NCBI GenBank assembly: GCA_951406725.2
Contig: OX597816.1
Span: 83,948,001-84,012,000, forward strand
DNA from: Octopus vulgaris
Lineage: Eukaryota
Reading direction: 5' to 3'
DNA: 64,000 bases
Shown piece after piece: positions 13,223 to 27,365 of this stretch (positions within the stretch are counted from its first letter, which is position 1; each line of letters begins with the position of its first letter). The notes below the pieces were generated by a model, which saw nothing but the letters and a program-made list of their open reading frames with translations, did no database searches and was not told the DNA's origin. The position numbers and the translations under genes are program-made.

Positions 13223-14635
13223 ATGTAAAACATGCATGCATATACATTATTTACATTATTTACATTTGACGAATACTAAATATAGAGCTGTATACATGCA
13301 TATGTTGCGTCACATATATTGACACACACGTACATATACATGCGTGTTCATAAGATATATAGTTTCTAGTTGTAGAAATTGAGAAAGAGTCATTTAAGTT
13401 ATTTAACATTGAATGCATTCTCATCGTTTTTGTAAAAGTCTAAAAAATTGTTTATTTCAAAATTATCCCTTAGCACTTCAAATAATTCCCAAACACTATG
13501 AGCACTGTCTATTCTACTTAATCTACATTATCAAACATAGTTTTGCTAATCAAACTGACTAGTTTAACTGAAGCTGTTCGTTTCTCTGTAAACAAAAAAT
13601 AGACAATATTTTCTGATGACGCTCTTTCAAGAATAAAGTCTTCTGAGGTCAGTACCACTTTATCTTTTCATAAGGAGACACCTTGTGGTCTATCTTTTAT
13701 TTACGTTTCGCATAAGAACTAAATTTGTATCTTCATTAACAAAAGAATTTCTCTTTATTTCTAAAATCACAATATCGTCAAACAGATACGACAGTCAAAT
13801 TACCTCTTACATTTCTAATCGTAATATTGTCAAATAGAAACGACTGTCAAAATGTTACGACGTCAAATTTCTGTTGTATGATTTCCTGTAAAATCCTTTT
13901 GCGCATTATCTAAAATTCATAATGGTCGTTTTTGCTTAGGCCTTCTCATACCTAATCCAAAGCCTCGGATTTGCATTGAATGTTGCGAAGATTTTAATGA
14001 GCATATGTGAATTTGCTTTTTAGAGGAAGCATGGATCTGAAAGTATATCACTTCTATGTTGAGTGTTAACCCGAATAAGTGAAGAAAATCCATTTAACAG
14101 AAGGCTCTGTGACCACATACCGATTTACATTTTAACTACAGACACGATTTTGCCCTACTTCACTTTCCCATTAATCATTATTCTATATGTTGCTATTGCT
14201 ATTGCTACTGCTGTTGTCTAGCGACTCCAGTCAGCTTTTAGTTATTAAAGATGTTCCTGTTGTGATCATTTAGCTATTTTGTGGGCATTTCGCCTTGCAT
14301 TGTCCAAAATATTTTTCCTATATTCAAGAAGATAAGACGAATAAAGTAAGATTTGCCTGCTATAGCGCGGAAAGCCAGCGACCGAATATAAGAGCTGATG
14401 TTGATCGGCTCGGTTTTTAATATTCACAAATGATAGCAAATTTATGACATTGTACGTTCTGCGTTCAATTCCCGTCAGTACCTGAAAACCAATAAGTACC
14501 AGTAACAGGTTGTGACCATCTATTCGACGGTGACCGTAACAATTTGTTTGGTCTTTCAGGCACACACAACACATATACACTCGTTCACTTGTTCTTATTT
14601 ATAGGCTACCATATATACGTATGTTTGCACGTATG

Positions 14636-14806
14636 TATGTATGTATGTATGTATGCATGTACGTACGTATGTATGCATGTACGTACGTATGTATGCATGT
14701 ACGTACGTATGTATGCATGTACGTACGTATGTATGTACGTACGTATGTATGCATGTACGTACGTATGTATGTATGTATGTATGTATGTATGTATGTATGT
14801 ATGTAT
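14636..14806. repeat. compound (ATGT)n tract with a higher-order 20-bp unit ATGTATGCATGTACGTACGT
   Basis: The unit is visibly repeated about 5 times and flanked by pure ATGT. Confidence 0.85.
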
Positions 14807-15941
14807 GTGTGACTGTGTATATGTGTTTGTACCCGTATGTGTGAGAGTGTGCATATCTGTGTGTGTGCTTGAGAGTGAAAGAGGGAGAGAGAGAGAGAGA
14901 GAGAGAGAGATTTCACATTCACGTGAGACATCAATAGCACTAGAACGCTAGTTGTAATTCTTCATCCTATTTAGTTAAATCCTGATTTCAAATCCCACCG
15001 ATGCCGAATTTTCTTTTTCACGTTCTTACCTCATTTTGAAGGAACAATTACAAATGTAGGAGATACACTTTATATTTCTGACGTCTATCTATGTCATGAG
15101 TCAAAGTTGTTAGCACAACTAGTTACCCATAATTTGAGCTGCAATACCTATTTTGAGTCTATCCTGAATTTATACTTTCAGTTTTTCCATTGGGATGTAA
15201 GAGGCCTCTCAAGCACATAAGGTTCAAGAGGGATATATGTGAGACTCTGGGTTGCTTATACACTACAGATCCTTCTTCGACCTGTTTGGTTGACCAAAAT
15301 GACTACAGAGGAATATCTGTGGCACTATTTGGTTGCAGGAAATGCTGGAAAATGTGAATTTGGACCTGAAGGACCCGTTCAGGTTTCTTCTAAGCTTTTA
15401 TTCTTTAAACTTTGTTTCAAGAGACAACAAGATACCTTATCTATGGTTAGGGAAATGTTATCCTATGGAGAGACCCAAACCAGGCATTGTGGAACGAAGC
15501 CAGCTGGAAAGTTAAAAAGTGTCAGAGAGGGTCTACACGCCATGAAATGTGGGTTGCAAACACTATGCACTACTTCAGGGTTGATAAGGTCTTCAAATAC
15601 TTACAAGGCGGCTGAGAGAGTTCTTAACGTGTGTATATATACACACACACGCACACATATATATGTACGTAAGTATGTGTATATATAAATAACCACCCCA
15701 CCCACATATATATATTTACTTATTTGTGTGTATGTGTATATTCGGATAGGGTAAGCGTCTTCCCTATGTGTGTGTATGTAACTGAAGATCAGCAAACACA
15801 CACACACACACTCACACATGCACACACCAGGTACACACATACATGCATTCATACACGCACTCACTCACACACATACATACACGCACACGCACGCACTCGC
15901 ATGCACTCACACACAAGTACATGTATGCGTGTGCTGGTGTG

Positions 15942-15989
<48 letters not shown>

Positions 15990-16078
15990 CACTCATGTTT
16001 ACATTATATACATGTAAATACCAATCAGCGGATTTCGAACACAAATCTGATAAAATGGTATATCTAAGTGTATGTATG

Positions 16079-16080
<2 letters not shown>

Positions 16081-16158
<78 letters not shown>

Positions 16159-16168
16159 TAATAATGAT
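16081..16168. repeat. (TAA)n microsatellite
   Basis: Direct inspection. Confidence 0.95.
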
Positions 16169-16277
16169 AGAGGGTAAATGTTTTTACTTTTCATTCCTTT
16201 ACGAAATTACCCCTAATAGTGTTTTGAAGTTTAACTACTCCTTCTAGCGGGTCAGATGTCCTGTTATGGCCATCTCT

Positions 16278-16316
<39 letters not shown>

Positions 16317-17093
16317 CAAAATTAATTCATTTATATTCGTGTGCAATTGACCTTTTAGTTTTGTCTTTCAGGTTCACTCAACCAGATCATACAAAGAACA
16401 AAATCGAAAAATGTGAAAAAAGAAATAAAAAACGTTAGGCGGAACTTAAAAGTCCCTATCAAAAAGATTTATATATTTGATAAACCACCCCAAAATACAG
16501 CGCCCTCTTTGCTAATTGCTGCTTTGGTATTACTCTAACTTTTTATTTATTTATTTATTTACTTGTTTCAGTCATTGAACTACCACAGTTGTGAGTCTCC
16601 GCCTCGGGTTTTCAGTTAAACGAATCGACCCTCAGCACTTAGTTTCTGAAGTCTGACATTTATACTGCATCCCATCTGCTGTCAAGCTAGGTAACTGAGA
16701 CGTAAACAAACCACTGCCGGTGGATAAACAAACGTAAATACCTTCGCACACACACACACACACACACACACACTTATATTACAGGCTTCACACAGTTTTT
16801 AGCTAGCAAATTTCTTCACCGCAGATTCATTCATACAGACGTGCATGCTAGTATACATCTATGTGTACTTTTAAACATACATACATACACACACACACAC
16901 TCATACAAACACACATACACACACACATGTTTTTATCTGAACAATTATATACTGTAGTATATCCTATAGTATATCCTACTATAATATTAATACTATAATA
17001 CTTTAGTATTTCAGTCCCATATTGTCTTAAATCTCTGTTAACTGCATCGGCTAAATGTTCTTAGCATATAATCACACACACACACACTTTTTA

Positions 17094-17094
<1 letters not shown>

Positions 17095-17188
<94 letters not shown>

Positions 17189-17269
17189 ATCTATGTATCT
17201 ATTTATATCTATCTATCTATATCTACGTATCTATTTATATCTATCTATCTATATCTACATATCTATTTA

Positions 17270-17336
<67 letters not shown>

Positions 17337-17345
17337 TATCTATCT
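17095..17345. repeat. (TATC)n microsatellite
   Basis: Direct inspection. Confidence 0.9.
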
Positions 17346-17389
17346 CTGTCTTCTGGCTCTATCTATTTATGTATATATATATATGTATT

Positions 17390-17561
17390 TGTGAGTCTGT
17401 TTTTGTCTCCAAACCATCGCTTGACAACCGATGTTGGTGTGTTTACGTCCCCGTAACTTAGCCATTCGGACAAAGACACCGATTGAATAAGTACTAGGTT
17501 TATAAAAAAATAGGTCGTGGGGTCGACTTTTTCGACTAAATGACTGAAACAAGTAAAAGAA
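17390..17561 (+). mobile_element. SINE family A 3' half with internal deletion
   Basis: CGCTTGACAACCGATGTTGGTGTGTTTACGTCCCCGTAACTTAG...AAATGACTGAAACAAGTAAAAGA. Confidence 0.85.
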
Positions 17562-17569
17562 TATATCTT

Positions 17570-17601
<32 letters not shown>

Positions 17602-17640
17602 GCATGTATATGCTCGTACATTTACATATGTATGTACATG

Positions 17641-17676
<36 letters not shown>

Positions 17677-17866
17677 TGTATATTTATATATATGCAATCA
17701 CATATGAATGCATATCCCTATATATACATATACATGTGCATATGTTCACTTGTAAACACACACACACACATGCGTGTGTTTATATATGTATAAATATATA
17801 TATATACACACGTATATATAAATATTTATATTTTTATATCTATCTACGTATATACATCTCTCTCTG

Positions 17867-17913
<47 letters not shown>

Positions 17914-17999
17914 ATGTATATATGTGTATATATATGTGTGTGTATAAATACACATAAAAACAAACACTCAATTTTTATCTCTCTCTGTCTCTGCATGTA

Positions 18000-18037
<38 letters not shown>

Positions 18038-18430
18038 CTCAAACGTTCCAATCCTATTCTATCGTAACCCAAATTTTCCATTAAGCCTGGCTCCGATTTT
18101 CACATCCGGATTTGTTATCTGAAGAAAGCTACCTTGAAAATCGCAGTAATGCTCAATAATGATTGAATATTAGAACACACACATGTAAACACGCGCACAC
18201 ATATTTAGACACACACACACACAAGCACACAAACACTCTCACACACACATCTGTGCATATGTGCGTGTGTGCGCGTGCGTACCGTGGCTTGTTTGTGTGT
18301 ATACACTCACAAAAGTACATTTTCATTTCTAGTCATTATTTCCATAGAGGGATACACATGCATACATGCTCATGGGCCCACACACACACTCACACACACA
18401 AATATACACACAAATACACACAGAGGCAAA

Positions 18431-18482
<52 letters not shown>

Positions 18483-18745
18483 GTATTTGTGCTGTGTACA
18501 CAGACGTTAATATCCCTCTACTGACAGTTCCACTTTCGTATCGTACACGAAAGTAATTCTATATAAACGTAATTGGTGTAAAGACAGATAGTAAAATTGC
18601 ATTAAACGCTCATATCAAAACATTATCATCACACATACACACACCTCTATAGAAATAGAGAAAATACACACACAGCAAAAGCATACATGATCACTTCGAA
18701 AATAAAACATCACTTTTGATTTTAAACAACTGACGTAAGTGAATT

Positions 18746-18964
18746 ACTCTTTACACTCTTTTACTTGTTTCAGTCATTTAACTGCGGCCATGCTGGAGCA
18801 CCGCCTTTAGTCGAGCAAAAATCGACCCCGGGACTTATTCTTTGTAAGCCCAGTACTTATTCTATCAGTTTCTCTTGCCGAACCGCTAGCTGACGGGGAC
18901 GTAAACACACCAGCATCGGTTGTCAAGCAATGCTAAGGGGACAAACACAGACACACAAACATAT

Positions 18965-19018
<54 letters not shown>

Positions 19019-19176
19019 GACAGGCTTCTTTCAGTTTCCGTCTACCAAATCCACTCACAAGGCTTTGGTCAGCCCGGGGCTATAGCAGAAGACACTTGCC
19101 CAAGATGCCATGCAGTGGGACTGAACCCGGAATGATGTGGCTGGTAAGCAAGCTACTTACCACACAGCCACACCTG
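18746..19176 (-). mobile_element. SINE family A, full length
   Basis: Complete head, body, internal microsatellite and AAAGAGT-type repeated tail. Confidence 0.93.
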
Positions 19177-19320
19177 AATGTGTAAAAAAAACCCCGATAA
19201 TCCATAGCAAAGGATATTTGGCTGACAAAGCTAGGGTTCATTGAAACTACGATGTGTGTGTGTGTGTGTGTGTGTGTGTCTGTGTGTGCGTGTATGTGTG
19301 TGTGTGTTAGTGTATGTGTG

Positions 19321-19355
<35 letters not shown>

Positions 19356-19384
19356 TAAATGCAGTGTGTATGTATATATAATCT

Positions 19385-19530
19385 TTTATCTTTTTGTTTG
19401 TATCAGTTTAGTCGAAGAAGTCGACCACAGTAGTTTTCACGCCTAATACTCAATTTAATGCATACCTATTTGCCGAACCGCTAGGCTGAAAAAAAAGCCT
19501 CCTGTTGTCAAACGGTGATGAAGTACAAAC

Positions 19531-19565
<35 letters not shown>

Positions 19566-19890
19566 CACACACACACACGCAAACACATACACAGCACACA
19601 CACACACACACATACTGCACACACACACACACACACACACGGAGCACACACACAGCACACACACACACGCAAACACACACACACATACAGCACACACACA
19701 CGCACACACACACGCACATATATGCATACAAACACGACAGGCTACTTTCAGTTTCTGTATGCCAAATAAATTCACAAGGTTTTGTTTGGCCCGGGGCTAT
19801 TGTAGAAAATACTTGGTCAAATGTGCAAAGCTGTGGAAGCGAACCCATAAATATGTGGTTGGAAAGAAAACTTCAAACCACATAGACATG
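19385..19890 (-). mobile_element. diverged SINE family A with expanded internal (CA)-rich minisatellite
   Basis: TGCCGAACCGCTAGG and GTTGTCAAACG lie on one side of a roughly 200-bp interrupted CA tract. CGACAGGCTACTTTCAGTTTC...TCACAAGG lies on the other. Confidence 0.7.
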
Positions 19891-20134
19891 CCCGCAACTA
19901 CCCACCTACACACGAGAGGGTGCACAAATGAAAGTACAATTCAACACGTTTGCGTAGAGATTTGCATGTATTTAATAACAGTTTGAATCAGCTCCACATA
20001 ATTTAAAGTTTTGTGAGTATAGGGGACATACCTGTCCGTCTCATAAGATGTTTATATCCCAAAATATGACGAGGTACACACACAAAAGTAATTTAGAGCT
20101 GGTCAAAATGCAAATAAAGAATATACCTACACAA

Positions 20135-20171
<37 letters not shown>

Positions 20172-20223
20172 CACACATATAGATATAGATATACAGATAG
20201 CTAGAAAGATAGATAGATATGAA

Positions 20224-20262
<39 letters not shown>

Positions 20263-20576
20263 TACATTTAATATACTTTACAAAATATATACCTAATACA
20301 TACAATATATACATAGTGTATAGATATGTATGCGCGTGTGTAATTCTGTGTGTATGTGTGTATATATATGTATATAATATATGTATAATCTATAGGATTT
20401 ATATAATTTGAAGAGCATATATGAGTTGTGAACAATATATATAAAATCTATATTGTAAATAGATAATAGAGGAAATGAGAGGTAAAGAAGAGACAGAGAG
20501 GGAGAGAGACCTAGGTACAGAAATTCAGTATATATACGCACATATGTATGTGTGTATGTGTGTGTGCATAAGCACG

Positions 20577-20624
<48 letters not shown>

Positions 20625-21262
20625 TATGTCTACAGCAATATGTGGATATGGGTGGTTTTATATGAATGTATGCGTGTGTACTTTGAAGAACATACATACA
20701 CACATATATTGACATATACATATATACGCACAAAAAAATGAAAGAGAGGGTGGTAAATGTAAATAACAATGCTAGTACTGGAAAGAGGAGGAAAGGTAAT
20801 AGCTAAAACGTCTGTGTATGTAAGTGTGGTTGTATATATATATGTGTGTGTGTATGTGCGCGTGTGCATAACACATATATAGCCATTCATATATATACCC
20901 ATATAAACTTGTGTATATGAAGGTGTATATGCGATATATGGATAAAATATATAACTCAACACAATACAATACAAACCTAAAACTATTAATCCAGGATCAT
21001 CTCTCAAGATATATTTTCGAAAATATCCGTGGCACAACTATAGGCTTTCAGCTTGAATTCAAACAGTGAAGTTTATTACACAAGGAACACACACACATAC
21101 ACACACACATACTAGCACACGTTTGTATATACACATTTGCCCATATGTATAAACTAACACAACATATGTACATATAAGGTATATACAAATATTAATGCCG
21201 TCATAAACGTATCGTTATTTATGCCTTTAGATATAAACATATACACCAATTCATCCGTCAAT

Positions 21263-21353
<91 letters not shown>

Positions 21354-21418
21354 TATATAGATATATTTATATATATAAATATATATATTTATATATATAA
21401 AATATATATATATATATT

Positions 21419-21473
<55 letters not shown>

Positions 21474-21550
21474 TTGTATATATATATGAGTATATATGTA
21501 TATATATTCTTATATGTATATCTATGTATATGTATATATATATATATACA

Positions 21551-21596
<46 letters not shown>

Positions 21597-21627
21597 GATT
21601 CATGTATATTTAAATCTATAAATCTCT

Positions 21628-21950
21628 GAATTGTTTCTGCCTCAAATCTGCGGTCATGCTGTGGCACCTCCGTTAACGGTGCTACTCAAATATTCAAATA
21701 TTTGATGCTACTCTAATATTTGAAACCTCCTTTGATATGTGGGCACTTGGTGAACGAGGGAGTAGACTCATGTGGAGGCCTTGACAAGAGGAGATCCGAT
21801 TTTGTTTTGAAGACACCTACATCCACACTATGCAGGTCTCTAAGGGATTTTGGAAGGATATTGAAGAGCTAAGGTGTCTTGAAACACAAGCTGTTGCAGT
21901 ATCTGGTTCTGTATTGTGATGGAAATCCTGGGATTTTTGACACCGGTGCC
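21628..21950 (-). mobile_element. CR1-group LINE, ORF2 C-terminus plus 3' end
   Basis: Minus strand reads KIPGFPSQYRTRYCNSLCFKTP*LFNILPKSLRDLHSVDVGVFKTKSDLLLSR. The terminal sequence is GGAGGTGCCACAGCATGACCGCAGATTTGAGGCAGAAACAA. Confidence 0.75.
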
Positions 21951-22027
21951 CAGTATACTGGTGGTGCACCAGCGTGGCCACATCCTTAGGGCTGTTACAT
22001 AAAAAAGAGTTGAAGAATATTTATACA

Positions 22028-22058
<31 letters not shown>

Positions 22059-22062
22059 GTAT

Positions 22063-22466
22063 AGGCGCAGGAGTGGCTGTGTGGTAAGTAGCTTGTTTAC
22101 CAACCACATGGTTCCGCGTTCTGTCCCACTGCGTGGCACCTTGGGCGAGTGTCTTCTACCATAGCCTCGGGCCTACCAAAGCCTTGTGAGTGGATTTGGT
22201 AGACGGAAGCTGAAAGAAGCCCGTCGTATATACGTATATATATGCGTGTGTGTGTTTGTGTGTCTGTGTTTGTCCTCCTACCATTGCTTGACAACCGATG
22301 CTGGTGTGTTTATGTCCCCGTTACTTAGCGCTTCTGTAAAAGTGACCGATAGAATAAGTACTGGGCTTACAAAAGAATAAGTCCCGGAATCGAGTTGCTC
22401 GATTAAAGGCGGTGCTCCAGCATGGCCACAGTCAAATGACTGAAACAAGTAAAAGAGTAAAAGAGT
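22063..22466 (+). mobile_element. SINE family A, full length
   Basis: AGGCGCAGGAGTGGCTGTGTGGTAAG head and (AAAAGAGT)2 tail. Confidence 0.95.
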
Positions 22467-22914
22467 ATGTATAATTATTACTTAACGTAATTCCCACAAT
22501 AACTATGGTATATTTATTGTTGGATTACTGGTTAGAGAGCGGAATGAAGGACATTTGTTAAAATCAAGTGCAATGGACTTCATTTTTCGTTTATGGGATT
22601 TTTCATACCTTTAGTAAGTGTATATTCCAGTCAATATGAACCTCAAACTACATAAATGCACATACATACACGCATACATTCATACATACACACATATATA
22701 CATACATGTATGCATGGATGCAAGTATACTCTTGCATACATTTATACATACATCATATATACATGTATATATATATATATATCATATTATTTAATATATA
22801 CGAATATATATATATATGCATACATATATATATATATTCGTATATATACGTACATATAGATATGTATATATATATATATATACATATATATACAAATATA
22901 TATATGTACGTATA

Positions 22915-22961
<47 letters not shown>

Positions 22962-23104
22962 TCCCGTTAGTTTTCTTTATAGTTGTACTCTGCATAAATC
23001 TGTTCTGTTAATAGATAAATGTATATATATTTATATATGAATGTTCATCGTCTGAATATCTTCCAGTCTTTGTCTTCCGTTGTTTACATTATATTGTTAA
23101 ATCA

Positions 23105-23195
<91 letters not shown>

Positions 23196-23429
23196 AGACC
23201 AGAGCGTGTTTATTTGTTTATTTGCATCCTTATCTCCATATCTGCTCACGTGGATTCCTCTTGTAGCCCTTCGCTACCCCGCGGACATAGTTCTCGCAAA
23301 AGATGTTGATGTGCATGTTCAAATCGTTTGGCGCAACTAAGTGTTGTCTATATTGAACATCTCTAGATCTCATCTATTAACTCTGCATATACATATACAT
23401 ATAAGTGTATTTATATACATACATTTATG

Positions 23430-23490
<61 letters not shown>

Positions 23491-23589
23491 TCAAAGGACA
23501 TACTAAGTATGTCTACCTGCTGGAAATAATGGGAAAAGCTCTTAATTAAATCGCCCAAATACACTGATGATAACTGGAGAAATATTCAT

Positions 23590-23677
<88 letters not shown>

Positions 23678-23819
23678 GTATATATATATATATATATATA
23701 TACATATGTATATATACATATGTATATATATATACATATATATATATACATATGTATATATACATATACATATATGTGTATACATATATCTATATATACA
23801 TATATATATATATGCATAT

Positions 23820-24180
23820 AGGCGCAGGAGTGGCTGTGTGGTAAGTAGCTTGCTTACCAACCACATGGTTCCGAGTTCAGTCCCACTGCGTGGCTCCTTC
23901 GGCAAGAATCTTCTACTATAGCCTCGGGCCTACCAAAGCCTTGTGAGTGGATTTGGTTGACGGAAACTGAAAGAAGCCCGTCGTATATATGTATATATAT
24001 GCGTGTGTGTGTCTGTGTTTGTCACCCTAGCATTGCTTGACAACCGATGCTGGTGTGTTTATGTCCCTGTTACTTAGCGCTTCTGTAAAAGTGACCGATA
24101 GAATAAGTACTGGGCTTACAAAAGAATAAGTACCGTGGTGCTCCAGCATAGCCCAGTCAAATGACAAAGAAGTCAAAGAG
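23820..24180 (+). mobile_element. SINE family A, near full length
   Basis: As above, with a deletion near the 3' end. Shares the variants GGCCTACCAAAG and GCGCTTCTGTAAAAGTGACC with the 22063 copy. Confidence 0.93.
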
Positions 24181-24263
24181 AAAAAGATATACATGAATAT
24201 ATATGTATACATATAAATATACATATATGCACACATAGACACACACACACACATACACACACA

Positions 24264-24319
<56 letters not shown>

Positions 24320-24332
24320 CATATATAATATA

Positions 24333-24466
24333 TATTAATAGTTATCGCCAAGCTAACATGGCAGTCCAGAAAGACAAGACGAACGCTGCCGTTGATTAGC
24401 GAATCAACGGCACCATTCGCCCTATTTTCCTGGACTGCGATGTTAACCTGGCGATAACTATTAATA
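24333..24466. repeat. hairpin with 65-bp arms and a 4-nt loop (MITE-like or structured RNA)
   Basis: Arms 24333-24397 and 24402-24466 are 55/65 complementary with no indels. TTAA occurs near both ends. Confidence 0.9.
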
Positions 24467-24713
24467 CCAAGCACTGCTGCCGTAGTCTCCTTTAGAGACA
24501 TTAATAAGTCTATTTTTTCGTAAACTATTTTTAACATTCTCTTATTATCAAAGGATGTATATATGTATTTTAATACTTTTGTGACAACCAATACTTAACA
24601 CGACAAAGCTTATACAAAGCTTTACATTTTACTTTTGACAATCTTTTTCTAAAAAAGTGAAACCGGTCAAGTCAATAAACATCTTTAAAATTACATTTTC
24701 AAACTTTCCTTTT

Positions 24714-24795
<82 letters not shown>

Positions 24796-25334
24796 TGTGT
24801 CTGTGTGTGTGTGCATAAAAAATGCCCTTTGGGTAGAAGAAGTCAAAGTTGACCGTGGACTAGAGACTCACGTCTTCTGTAAACTTCACAAAGAACTTTC
24901 GACATATTTTTACCTCAATATTTTGACGTTATTATCTAAAGCTTTATCCGCTTAGCATAAAACCTCCCCACAGAATATATAATTTCCTCTCGAATTTCCT
25001 GTAATTGTTAGAGAGATAAATACAAATGAATATATGTACTACTATCGATAACAGTAGTGTTTAGATGTTGCGAAAATGATCAAAAGGTTCAGAAAAGAAT
25101 TCCTGTACTGAGGAGCACGCGTTTAAATTCTCCTTCATATCTTGTTGTTCCATTGCCCTAAGCTAAATGAGGAAAGGCCTTGTGATGTTATAGTCCTTTC
25201 CCTTTCCTTCTCTCACATACTCGGTCAAGGCGTTTTCGGACCGAAATTGTGTGTGTATCTACGCTCGACTGCATAGGAACAGATTTAAAAATGAAAGATT
25301 TAAAAATGCCATCAAGTTTACATAAACTTATATC

Positions 25335-25407
<73 letters not shown>

Positions 25408-25469
25408 GTGTGTGTGTGTGTATTTATACGCATATTTAAATATATGCATACATATATTAACCTATACAG

Positions 25470-25522
<53 letters not shown>

Positions 25523-25620
25523 CAATATAGGGTGGCAAAAAAAAATTTTGTAGAATTCTTTTGCCACCAGCGGCCCAGTGGGAAAAAATTAAATAGTCAT
25601 AAACCATTTTTAAATTCAAC

Positions 25621-25878
25621 ATCAACAATCAAGGAACGGCCATAATAGGCCATTCACCCACTAGAAATAACAGCCAAAAGCTTTAACCGCAAAATAACAT
25701 TAATTCCGTAAACCAGGAGAAAATTGAAAAACGTTTACCCTGTAATTTCTTAAGAAATTACAGGGTAAACGTTTTTCAATTTTCTCTGAGTTTTACGGAA
25801 TTAATGTTATTTTGCAGTTAATTTTTGGCTGTTATTTCTAGTGGGTGAATGGCCTATTATGGCCGTTCACTTGATTGT

Positions 25879-25882
<4 letters not shown>
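25621..25882. repeat. spacerless palindrome with arms of about 130 bp
   Basis: Centre is ATTTCTTAAGAAAT at about 25751. Outer ends are ATCAACAATCAAG...CTTGATTGTTGAT. Only a few mismatches and indels. Confidence 0.92.
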
Positions 25883-25915
<33 letters not shown>

Positions 25916-26084
25916 CACATATGTGTATACACATATATATATTATATATTTATTGAAATATATGTTACATATATTATATATATATACATACATATATACA
26001 GACACATATATATGTATTTATATATATCAATCTATACACATACATTATATATATATATTATACACCTAGATGTAAATGTCGTTT

Positions 26085-26510
26085 GCAAGATGTGGAAAAT
26101 ATGCCATCAACATTTCCCAAATGATATTCGCATCAACTTTAGCATTCACTCAAGATTTGGCCCCTGTGCCATCCGTCCTCTACAAAATTCTTGCACATGT
26201 CATATCACAACGTCAAGACAAAATTCTTTTACCTTAACTAGGTCTGCTCTCTTTAACATCATGTCAAGACATATAAGAGGAGAAAAAAATCGCATAACAT
26301 TCAAATAATTCCTTGATGAATTTCTCCCAGAAATTCCAAATAAACCACTTAGATATAAATCTGCAAACAATAACTCTTTACTTGAATGGGCTATGGTGCC
26401 CAAAGTATGACATTGATATGATACATCATTAAATGTCTTTTTCAGACGGTGCTATTTAATTAGTCATGACCCAGGCCAATCCTGGTCGAAATCTGTCTGA
26501 GACCTAAGAA
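26085..26510 (+). mobile_element. CR1-group LINE, ORF2 C-terminus plus 3' UTR
   Basis: MWKICHQHFPNDIRINFSIHSRFGPCAIRP...QNSFTLTRSALFNIM...FK*FLDEFLPEIPNKPLRYKSANNNSLLEWA. Confidence 0.78.
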
Positions 26511-26572
26511 TATAATGTATATGTAAATAACATAAATATATATACTTGTATGTTTATATGTATATATATATA

Positions 26573-26605
<33 letters not shown>

Positions 26606-26618
26606 ATATAGATATATG

Positions 26619-26667
<49 letters not shown>

Positions 26668-27104
26668 ATATATATATACAGACAAAAGGAGAGCTGGTTA
26701 TGCACAGTTCACAAAATAGTGCCCCAGTGAATCTGAAGTTCTTGATTCTTCGTCAAAGACATGGCTTGCACCTACAAGAATAGTTGTGAGAGAAATTTAT
26801 ATCAAGCTGATATGGAGGTATAAATGGAGGTAAGCGCCGTTAGGCCTGATATAATTATATGGAGCAAAAATAAAACAATAAAAGTATAGAGTAAGATATG
26901 AAGAGAATGAAGAATTTCTTAAACTCGACAGCTGTTTCAGGAAGCCCGGGGTTGCTTAATAATCATAATAATCATGATTTGCACATGAAATGTGCAAAAA
27001 AACATGGTGATGTAATCGGTAAATAGTCACATGAAGATATTACAATATATCTGGGTACCATCATGGAGAGAAAATTCGCAAATTCCGTATAATACTCATA
27101 TATA

Positions 27105-27365
27105 AAATGCATAACACATTGTTACCAACGTACTTTTCATTAACAGGGCTTTCTTCATCCCAAAATCACATCACGTGCAAACATGTTGACAAATTGCTTC
27201 AAGGGATACCAGATAAGACAGGTGTGTCTAGTTACATTGCAATCAACAACAACTCCTTAACAGAAGGGGCCATGGTACCACATATCTTGGCATAAAAATG
27301 ATTTATCAGGTTGCGATGTTAAATTAGACCCGGCCTGGCTCAGTTTTAGCTGCGGTTTCTATGTC
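27105..27365 (+). mobile_element. CR1-group LINE 3' fragment, degraded
   Basis: KHVDKLLQGIPDKTGVSSYIAINNNSLTE followed by a related 3' UTR. Confidence 0.65.
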
